In this document: positions 54,235 to 64,000 of the stretch, piece by piece
Numbering within the stretch: position 1 is the first letter of the stretch
How the letters are laid out: every line of letters starts with the position of its first letter
NCBI GenBank assembly: GCA_050575255.1
Contig: JBNZDD010013732.1
Coordinates: 19,375,608 to 19,439,607 of the forward strand
Source: Harriotta raleighana
Taxonomy: Eukaryota
Direction: 5' to 3'
Length of the DNA: 64,000 bases
Translations under genes and position numbers: made by a program
The notes under the pieces: generated by a model
What the model saw: only the letters and a program-made list of their open reading frames with translations
Told to the model about the DNA's origin: nothing
Database searches by the model: none

Positions 54235-55035
54235 CACAGAACAGCACAGAAGGAGGCCATTTGGCCCATCGTGTCTATGACGGCCATTTGAAAAGAACTG
54301 TCCAAATCAATCCCACTCCCCTGCTCTCTCCCCTGCTCAATCCCACTCCCCATTGCCCTGTCTTCCCCAAATAATTATCCACCTCTCTCTTAAAAGTTGT
54401 TATCGAATCAGCTTCCACTACCACTTCAGGCAATGCATTCCAGATCTGAACAACTCGCTGTGTAAAAAAAATTCTCCTCCCCTCTGTTTCTTTAAACAAC
54501 TATTTTAAATCAGTGTCCTCAGGTTACCGACCCATCCACCAGTGGAAATAATTTCTCCTTGTTTACTCTATCAAACCCCCTCATAATTTTGAAAACTTCT
54601 ATTAAATCTCCCCTTAACCTTCTCTGCTCCAAGGAGAATAATCCTAGCTTCTCTAGCCTCTCCTCATAACTGAAGTCCCTAATTTATGGTACAAAAATGC
54701 AAAATACTGCAGATACTGGAAATCTGAAATAAAAATAGAAATCCATGAAAGGTCATGGACTCGAAAGGTTGACTCACTTTCCTTCCTCCATAGATGCTGC
54801 CTGACCTGCTGAGGGTTTTCAACAATTTCTGTTTTTGTCCCTAATTTATAATACAGTACTATCTTGGTAAATCGCCTTTGCATTGTCTCCGATGCCTTGA
54901 CATCCTTCCTAAATTGTGGTGCCCAGAACTGAACTCAGTACTCTAGCTGAGGCCTTACCAGTGTTTTATAAAGGATCATCATAACTTCCTGACTTTTGTA
55001 TTCTATGCCCCTATTTATAAAGCAAACAATCCATT
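54235..55035 (-). mobile_element. CR1-type LINE 3' portion (ORF2 C-terminus plus 3' UTR), interrupted by an insertion
   Basis: Encodes FFTQRVVQIWNALPEVVVEADSITTFKREVDNYL and QRRFTKIV, typical CR1 ORF2 C-terminal motifs. Confidence 0.85.
54688..54836. mobile_element. Penelope-like short insertion, internally inverted, flanked by a 13-bp direct repeat
   Basis: GTCCCTAATTTAT at 54675-54687 and 54837-54849; contains ATGAAAGGTCATGGACTCGAAAGGTTGAC and GATGCTGCCTGACCTGCTGAG. Confidence 0.65.
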
Positions 55036-56961
55036 TTACTCAGGCCAGCTCAATATGCCATTAACGTACATCTTCCAGTAGATGGCCTCTGCAAGCAGTT
55101 ATGCAGTTTTTGCTGGAGTGCACACCAGCAAAAAGCTTAAAAAGATTAATGCACAGCATTTGCATTGTAGATCAAAAACATAACCTGTACTTAACACAGA
55201 AAATCCTCCTTAAAGAGATTCAGAAACGTTGAGTATTTCTGAATCTGGTAGTATTTAGTAGCCACGAATATTTATTTCAAATTCAGGAAACAATGGAAGG
55301 TGCAGCATTTCAGAGTAAATTGGGTACATCTTGCCTCTGCTCAATAATTTCCCAGGGGTCTTATTCGTGAACTTGCAACACAGTACATTAATCACACCAA
55401 ATTTAAATGTAAAGTTGATCTCCAAGATTTCCACCTTCTTCCCCTTCCTTTCTAACATCTATTCTGAAGGTTTTCTCACAATGTGAATACCATGATTCTG
55501 ATCCTGGCTATTGCCACGTGACATTTTTTCAATAACAAACATTCTAGACCATATATGGGGAAAAAAACTTAACACTAATGGGAATACTCAGCCATCCAGA
55601 AACTGCAGCGTTACTGTTGTATCACGTCAGAACTATGGCAAGATGAAGTTCTCAGTTTATTTAGATAATGCATACCAGAATGAATTATTCAGCGTTAAGT
55701 ACTCCATGGGTTTTACTTCAGTGAAAATATCATGAGATCATTTGGGAAGGAATAGCAATGTTTTGATTAGATCTTACAGTACTTGTACTACTACCCCCCC
55801 TCCCACCCACTCCAGTCTATACACTGAGATCAGTTATGTTTGATTCAAGTTCCATTTGTTTCATCTGTGCATCTTTTCCTGTTGTTGCATATCCACTTTT
55901 GATTTTTTTTAACATTCTGCACATTTAATGCTAATTAATGTAGTCTCACACATCCAAAGATTGACTTGTGACTTGATGAAAATAATGATCTCTGAGGTAT
56001 GTGTATATCTGAGATATTACCATGGTAGCCATTGTTTTAACACTTGATGTGGGCTAAGATAATCACTGATATGATAACATACCTGGGCCACACTTGCTTG
56101 CAGTTCAGTATGATTTTGCAGTGTTATATGATCTTGTGGAGTAAAAGTAAAGCTGCTCTGTCGTGTTCATAAATTATACATTTGATTTATGATGTAAACA
56201 AAGGCCTATTTCATTACAGCTATACACTGTATTACCTGTTGTGCTTTTAACACTGTTAATATCGGAAATGAATGATTCTACATGGCAGAAATTTGGGCAA
56301 GTAGTGAAATCAATATGAGAAAGACGTCATTTGCCCTCCTTACTTCCATTAATCTCCGAGTTACTTTGTGACAGCCATAGCAGGCTGAAATGGAAGAGCA
56401 GAGCAACTGTGAATAGCTGAGTATGAGGGAAGGTATTAGCTCAGCAGCAAAGTGGGAAAAATATGACATCAGCAACTTGTAACACACAGATTGATGGTGT
56501 GGAAACAACTGGCTGAAAGTTAAGAACTACAGCAAGCGAGATTCCTCACTGACTAAGACTTTGGTCAACATGTATTATAATATACCCATTGTGACTCACC
56601 ATCACTGGTTACATGTTGGTTAATCTATTTGGTGGGTGCTTAAGTCAAATCTTGATGCTCCAAAAGTTTTAATCAAGTTACATTCACCGGTGACCTCACC
56701 AACAGGATTGGCCACTTGTTGCCTCTGCCCAATGGATTAGTCTTCTGCTCAGGTTACACAACGTTAATTTTTCCATGCCTGGACAAAAGCCAGCATAAAC
56801 CGGGGTTGAGGGGCATGACTTGCGAACTAAAAAGCATTGCAGTCCGGATTTCGAGATTTGTCAAATCAAATTAGTTCAGAAATGGTCCTTCACAAGTTGT
56901 TGTCAAGTCCAAGGAATCAGGTTTCAATGATATTAAGGAGCAGATTATATAGCTGCCCCTT

Positions 56962-57080
56962 TCACAGAATCACAGAATATTAGAGCAAGGCAAGAGGCCA
57001 TTGTGCCTGCACCGGCTCTTTGGAAGAACTACCCAATCAGTCCCACAGCCTCAATCTCTCCTGATATCCTCGCAAATTTT
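56962..57080 (-). mobile_element. CR1-type 3' tail fragment
   Basis: TCACAGAATCACAGAAT octamer tail followed by GAGGCCATT..CCGGCTCTTTGGAAGAACT, similar to 54235-54310. Confidence 0.6.
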
Positions 57081-59111
57081 AACACCACTTTAAAAAAAAG
57101 CGATCGGTGGAATTCTGAGTAAGCCTGAGTAATTGAGGTATAAATTCAGCTGCCCTTCAAATGGCTGGACTGCTGGAAGCACACTAGCATCATGATGCGT
57201 GTACCAGTATAAACCAGACCTTAATTGAAAGCTCTGGGACTAGGCTGTCTGCTGATGATAAATGGTCTGAGTGTCCCGAGAACAGAAATAAAGCAACAAC
57301 ACCTGCATCGGCCTTCAGTGAGCCAATGGCGCAGTAAGCATCATGGGCTGCTTTATAGAGGTATCACGTGGCCGACAGTGAACTACCGCAGATCTCTTGT
57401 GAGTATGGAAAGCCCTAACTCTTTGGTCAATGTTTTGTGAAGAAGAACTGATTATCACTGGTTACATTGCTGGTTATTCTTTGAGACTTGGTTGATCATG
57501 TCGAATCTGAATGTTGTAAAAGATTATGCTTTGTAAACTGCTATCAGACATTGGGAATATAAATGAATAGTAACTTAACTTGCCACAACACCCACCCCCA
57601 ACATCTGAAAAAGGTGAAATCCTACAGTGTAAATAATGATTAACAATCTCAATCACAAGCCTTACATTGTTGGCACAAAAGCAAGTTAAGATGTCATGAG
57701 GGTCCCTTCGTCTAGATGACTTCATAGTGCAGCAAAATTGAAGTAAAGCTAGCATCTCAGTGTGTTCACACACTGATTCCCTGTTCTACAGAGTGGTAGA
57801 TGCAGTTTCTAAACACATTAGCTATTGCTAATGAGGATGGCATCAGGCAGAGGTGAGTATAAGCATGGCCAATTCTGTGCACCTCTGATCGAGGAAAAGC
57901 AAGCAAAAAGATTGCTAGATTTTGTGATGCAACTAAAACTTTTAAAACAAGCAAAAATATCTTTATTTCAAACAACTAGTAGAGCAAGTGTTTTACTACA
58001 ATAACAACATTACATTTGTATAGTACCTTTCACGTCTAACCATTATAGTCTGCATTCTACAGTGCAATCTGTTGAAGCCGCATTGAAAGTCAGCAGCATG
58101 CATCTGCGACCATTATTCTGCACGCTACTTTAATATTTATGGTGCAATCAGTTGTATGTCCCTAATCAAGCTTTATCTTCCCCTTTATCTGCCCCTGAGC
58201 AGAGGCAGAGTTTTATTAACAGTATAGGGACTTATGTTCTGCATCATCAAATTGGAGCACAAACAGTATGAAACACTGCCTGCAGCTTGCGCTTACAATC
58301 AGTCTACATCATGCCAGTCAGGCAAATGTGAAATATTCATGGATACACAATGGGGTCAGATGTACAGTTTCTTCCACAAACACAGAAGGCCTCATGCAAC
58401 CCATGATAATTAAGGAACCAAAGGAAGAGCATAAACTTCTGCACAGACTGCACCTAAATATACTCTGCTGCCTGTTTATACAGTTAACACAAGTAAACCA
58501 TTGGACAATGTAATATTTCTAATGCATCCAAAACTTTCTTCTAGGTTTCTTAAAATAATTTGGTAAAATGGAATCCACATGAGTTTTTTTTTTTGTCTCT
58601 CCCTTTGTCTATCCTATCTTGATTTCTCCCCACCTCTCTTTTTCCATCTCTTTGAAATGAAGGCAACTATTTTTCAAAAGAAAGATATTTCCATATGCTT
58701 ACATGCACACCAAAACAAAGGCCTATTTTGTTTTTGATTTGCCTAAGGCAAACAAAGGGTGTTGTATGTTGACCTGGTTGATTGGAAGGTGAAGTTATTC
58801 CATAAATGTTGCAGATGATTGAACAGCCTGTTTAGTTCGTTAATGACACTTGTTCAAAGACATTTTTTTGTCATGGTTCTTCCTAATTGGCTTCTGATGC
58901 CTAAAAGCTAGTGCTCCAACAGATGGGGGAAGAGGAATATCATATCTCGATATTCAACAGCAAGTTTATATTCAACAAGAAGTTTACTGGCCTGTTGGAT
59001 GAACACCGTCTTAGCTGCTTAAGATACCCCACAATATAAATTTACATTGATGTAGCATTTAGTATGATGGGAGGACGTCCCAAAGTGCTTGACCATCCTA
59101 GCTTGGCACCA

Positions 59112-59474
59112 TTCCTGTAACTCAGTGGTTAAGACACTCACCTCACCAGCAAGAGGACCTGGGTTCGATTCTTGGACAGGGTGAAATGCTGAACAAGTTT
59201 CCTTACTGCACATATCCCTGTTTATCTAGCAGTAAGTAGGAACCCGGCTGTTAGTCAATTGACAGATCATTTTTCCAAGGGTAATATTCCACTCAAATAA
59301 ATAAATAATTTTTCCACTCAATCTATGACGATTGTGGGACACTGTTTGTGCGCAATTGGCTTTTTACTCAGAAAATATACAGTCACTTCACTATACAGTA
59401 TATTCTGTGAAGAGCTTTGAGACGTCTCAAAGACATGAGAAGGGGTTATATCAAATGCAAGGATTATTATAATA
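59112..59474 (+). mobile_element. Full-length tRNA-derived SINE with Pol III A and B boxes
   Basis: A box TAACTCAGTGG (59118-59128), B box GGTTCGATTC (59162-59171), unique core and L2-like tail ending TCAAATGCAAGGATTATTAT. Confidence 0.85.
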
Positions 59475-59539
59475 ATCTAGCAAAATCCCCAAGTGCATTT
59501 GGTATGGCTCCTGCCAGCCACTCTGCTCTCCATCACCAA

Positions 59540-60504
59540 CAACACAAAATTACCTTTATAGAGCGCTTTTCCATGTCAGGAGGACGTACCAAAGCGCTGA
59601 ACAATCAGGTATTGGACTCCGAGCGTGGGGGAGGGGCAAGAGCGGGAGGAAGGGACGGAGAGGGGTGAGAATATGGAAGAAGGCACGATCGAAAAGAAGG
59701 GCCTTGAGACCGGCCTTGAAGGAGGCAAGGGAGGAAGCCAGGTGAAGGGTCTGTGGGATGGAGTTCCAAAGTGTGAGGGCAGAGAAGCTGAAAGCCCGAC
59801 CACCGATGGTAGGGCAGTTGACATGGGAGAAGACCAGAGCCCACTGAATAGAGGGGATGGGCGGGTCACTAGGGAGTCTGCAGGTCAGAGAGATAGGGAG
59901 GGCAAGGCCGTGAATGGCCTTGAAAATGAGAACGAGGATCTTGAATTCAATCCTCGGGGGATGGGAAGCCAATGGAGCCAGGCCAGGGCCAGGGTGCGAG
60001 TGATGGGGTTATGGAGCTTAGTGTGGGAGAGGACACAAGCTGCAGAGTTCTGGATGATCTGAAGCTTGTGAAGAGAAAAGGAAGGCCAACAAGGAGGGTG
60101 TTTCCATAGACAAGCCTTGACGTGATGAATGCATGGATGAGTGTTTTGGCAGCCTGAGGGATGAGGCGGTGGCAGAATCTGGCAACGTTATGGAGGTGGT
60201 GGAAGGCAGTGCTGGTCATGGTGCGGATGTGGGGGAAGAGAGGACAATTCAGGGTCAAACAAGACATCCAGGTTCCTGACTGGCTTCATGAGATGGAATG
60301 TACAGCCTTGGATGTAGATGATGTGAGCGCCTAAGGTGCAGAGGTGCTGACACAAGCTAATCAGGAGGGCCTCAGTCTTGCTGATGTTCAGGTGGAGAAA
60401 GTTGTCCCTCCTCCAGGAATCAATGTCAGATAGACAGGCAATCAGGATGCCGGTAGTCCTGGAGTTGAGGGTGGAAGTGGAGAGGTAGAGTTGGGTGTCA
60501 TCCG
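59540..60504 (-). mobile_element. 5'-truncated L2-clade LINE (RT C-terminal half plus 3' end) with a 9-bp target-site duplication
   Basis: Frameshifted peptides ADDTQLYLS, LNISKTEALL, LIHAFITSRL, RIEFKILVLIFKAIHGLA and GGRAFSFSA; CATCACCAA at 59531-59539 and 60505-60513. Confidence 0.9.
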
Positions 60505-61149
60505 CATCACCAAGAGCGATCAAGGGAGAGTTTACAAACTCAAAGAGTGCTTTTGTGTTTTTCTATAGATGGAACTGGAGTCTCCTAATTAGAGCAAGTT
60601 ATTGAAAATGGTGAAGCCATGCTAACTGTGATTCAGATGTATAAAATTGCTTTGTGATTCAAGTAAGTGGTTCGAGTGACATGATTTGTGACGTATTTTG
60701 GAACCTACGCTGTAATGTAAGATTCTCCAGTGAACTGAGAATGTCACTATGTTCTAGGTTTGTTTCAGTTGACCCATTGTACTGTGAAATGAAACAGAAT
60801 CATTTATTGTCTTTAACGGATTGCAATTTCAGTATTTCCTTCTATTCACAATCTTCTGGATGATAAATCCATTATACAGTATTGCTAATAAGTGGAGTAC
60901 AAAGATAAAAGCCAGTCGGAGCTCTAACAATGCTGTTTCTTGTTGAAAGCCAACCGCCTCAACTGCAAAACTAAAGTTCTGTTGCTACATTTTTCTAAAT
61001 AAATGCAAGGATGTTTCAAAGTACAGTACTTCAAAGGCGTTCCTTTGAACTATAGTGACTGTGTATTTACAGTATAGATGAACATGACTGCTAATTACAC
61101 ACACCAATATTGCCATGTGGAATTGGTTGCTATGTTTGCTTACAGATAG

Positions 61150-61425
61150 CCATGAAGTGAATGCCCAATTTTGTTTGAGGGATTATTGGATAAAACATTA
61201 AGAGGTGCTCCCTTCTCTTTTCAAACAATGCCGTGGGATCTTTAACGTTTACCTGAAAGGCAGGGAAGAACTTAGGTTAACATCTCAACTAACAGATGGG
61301 ACCCTAACTGTGCATCCCACTTGCAGCACTGAATTGGAATGCCACACTAGACCATTTGAGTTCAAAGTCTTGAACACATAATCTCTGACTCAGAGGCAAG
61401 TGTGCTTCCAACTGAACTAGGCTGA
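61150..61425 (-). mobile_element. Deu-domain SINE, partial
   Basis: TGCCGTGGGATCTTTAACGTTTACCTGA..GGTTAACATCTCA..TCTGACTCAGAGGCAAG is the reverse complement of the Deu core. Confidence 0.65.
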
Positions 61426-62534
61426 TACTTAATGTGATTTATATCTTATTTTCAGAAAGCATCAGTTCATCTTATACTCGATAGTGTTTCATAAATTTGA
61501 AAAAATACAGTATATATTTGTAATCCAATGGTTCCTTGTCTTGGCAATGAAGTTCAAGCATCATCAATACAGTACTATGCTTTCTGCAGCCTTACTTAAC
61601 AAAATTAGTTTTCCCAATAAAAGTGTGTGACAAACATTTCAGTTATTTGGGACAAGGGGAAGAGTTGGAACAGTGTCACCTTGTCATAATTAAGTCACCA
61701 CTCATATTTGTTGCAGAACTGTGTTTTGACATGATTTATGTAAGTGGGTCGTCTGTTTGCAAACAAGCTCCAAAGGATTGTCAAACTTAAGAGATGGTGC
61801 TCCTTTAAAGCACATTAAAAAATCTCCCAAAATATGTGAATTTCCTTATTGCAGGCACAGTCACCTAACTCTGCAAGCAGCCCCAAAACTCTAGAACACA
61901 GTCCATCAATCATCCCGCCTGAACCCCGTCTTCCCCATTTTCAAATCATGTCTTAAGACTGTCTTCTTCGAACTCCCGTGGGATCACCTGCCCCCTCCCC
62001 GTGGCTTAGCATCAGGCTTGCGCTCTGGGTTGCCACCCTGCTCTGTCTGAGCAAATTTGTTTTGATTTAATGGCGCCAGCCCTGAATATACAACTTTTGA
62101 TTGGTTCGATTGTTGAAAAACCACTTGAATCTTGGAAGGAAAACTCACTTTGTCTTTGAACCACGCAGCATTCTCTGGCTCTGAGAGTAGATAGGCATCC
62201 TCCTTCCAAACTTCGATAATACCAATCTGGATCTGCTTCCTAAGAGATGCATGAGTGCTATCCAGTGATTTCACTCTGAATTTCCCTCTCTTTGAGGAGT
62301 TGTGTTGCTTTTACAAGACTTTTTAAATGATGTCAGAGAGTGGTCACAGTATTATTTCGTACCAAGCTACTTGTATATCAGTGAGTGTGTGATTTTTTTG
62401 GTCTATTTTTTATAGTGCTTTAACTCAATCACCAGTAAATGGGTTGTGGGAGAGGAGGGTGGCCTCCAACTCCAAGGCTTTTTATTGAACTCAATTAAAT
62501 ATTCATGTTCTGACCAATAGGAAGAATTAAAGTA

Positions 62535-62932
62535 CAGTAAAACCTTGTTTATCCGGCATGCTCTGGGGGGGTCGACTAATTGACGCTGCCGGATAAACGA
62601 GGGAGAAGTCGCTGAAAACCTGACATAAAAATTTAACTTATTTTAAAACATACCATGTTAATAATACACTACATAGTAACAGAATATTGTATGGATACTT
62701 ACCAACAAAGCATTCTAGCAGAGTCGGGAAAAAATCGGTAAAACAGCATTTTTTACCGATCGGTAAAAAACCTAAGTGTGTAAGTTTACTAAGTTTACGC
62801 ATGCGCACGCATTGCATGCATGCGCAAAGTGAGCAAACTCATGATTCTGGAATGGGGAATTACCCCGGGAGGGGGTCAAGCAATTGAATCGAGTCATGGT
62901 TGATCGGGTCACGGATAAACAAGCTTTTACTG
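62535..62932. mobile_element. Tigger/pogo-like MITE, subfamily B (398 bp)
   Basis: TIRs CAGTAAAA(C/G)CTTGTTTATCCG match 20/21; TA on both sides. Confidence 0.92.
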
Positions 62933-64000
62933 TATAAGGTTTTGATTTCACTAAAATGAACAGGGAGGCGAGTGAGCTAATGGATGACAAAATTGCTGAT
63001 TGGGAAAGAGGAAAATCCATGGGAACATCGTTCTTATTAAAATAGGGAGACTTTTTTTTTAAAAAGGAGAGAATGAGTTTATAGGACAATTGTGGGGGAA
63101 AAATAACAAACCTTTCCTTTTATGCTGTCCAGGAAAGCAAACATTGTGAGAAAAGGTTCCCAAAATATGGGAACAGTATTTCATATTGTATTTCTCCATC
63201 AAAACTTACAATCAAATGCAAGGATTATACAATATTGCATTCTGAGAAATGTGTTCAGAACTGGTTAGTATTGTGTGTTGCGAGCATGCATGGGGAATGA
63301 CACCCACTGCTAATGGTCATCAAAGCGCATTATACTATGTTTGATTCCCAAACAAAAACATTAGTCTCTTGCAGCAAAAGCTGCCACTTAAGATGTCCTG
63401 TCACAAGGACGAACATGTTTATTATCTCACTGGATGCAAAGCTATTATGGTAAAGGTAAGACTGCAGGTAGATGCAAGAACAAAGGCTACAAAAAGCCAA
63501 TTTGAATTGATGCCCTACATTCTTGGCAAGATGTTGTATTCGCTGTAAAACATCCTATAACTGACAATTGCTTTTTCAAATTAGTAACACCAGGACCTGA
63601 ATAAAAAGATTTTCTAGGACAAGGTATTTCAATGACTTTGCACATTGTTGTGATTTATAAATAGGTTACATTCACTTAGTGGGACAAAAGTTTTATACCA
63701 CTCGTATTTACTGTTGCAGTTTTTAACATGATAATTAATGTGGATCTAGATGCTAACTGGTTCTCCTTGCTCCTATTTTAAAGAGTTTTGATTTCTTAGG
63801 ACTTTAGGATGTCCAATCCGTACCTAAGCCGAAAACAGAAGATTTGACCAGCTATTTAAATAACTGACTCTTGCTTTCGGTCACTAGGTCACATTGTAGA
63901 CTTGGTTTGCAGAGCTCAATGTCAAGGAGGTTGTCTTTTCAGGACCCCATCCCATCCTTTGGCCATCAACCTTTTTGAGACAATAGGTCACTATATAAGG

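Noticed and set aside
59112-59185. tRNA gene
   Set aside because: A and B boxes are present but there is no good cloverleaf, and it continues into a SINE body and tail with a second copy at 32321-32665.
59556-60523. Cluster of 100-145 aa ORFs as a nested gene
   Set aside because: Frameshifted L2 ORF2 remnants and their antisense frames.

Overview
This is AT-rich vertebrate genomic DNA, not prokaryotic. The repeat landscape suggests a cartilaginous fish, possibly a chimaera (inference). The window lies inside one minus-strand gene, CaMKII gamma (CAMK2G). Ten consecutive coding exons (canonical exons 3-12, 786 nt in total) splice in frame, each with GT/AG boundaries and phases checked. They encode most of the kinase domain and the autoinhibitory/calmodulin-binding segment. 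Exons 1-2 and the linker/hub exons were not found and presumably lie outside the window. Exons 8-9 appear twice across a 747-N gap, most likely as two unmerged haplotypes. The introns contain tRNA-derived and Deu-type SINEs, CR1/L2/RTE LINE remnants, five TA-flanked Tigger/pogo-like MITEs and a Penelope-like insertion. Nearly all ORF-track entries are spurious. I cannot demonstrate a new biological system. The best leads are: (1) a MITE carrying a captured SINE fragment folded into a 57-bp hairpin; (2) a thrice-repeated bipartite intronic element with a 40/41-identical core (snoRNA-, microexon- or enhancer-like); (3) decayed hammerhead-ribozyme-like Penelope remnants; (4) hints of regulated or formerly mutually exclusive splicing at exon 6; (5) an indel that toggles a G-quadruplex motif at the exon 8 acceptor.
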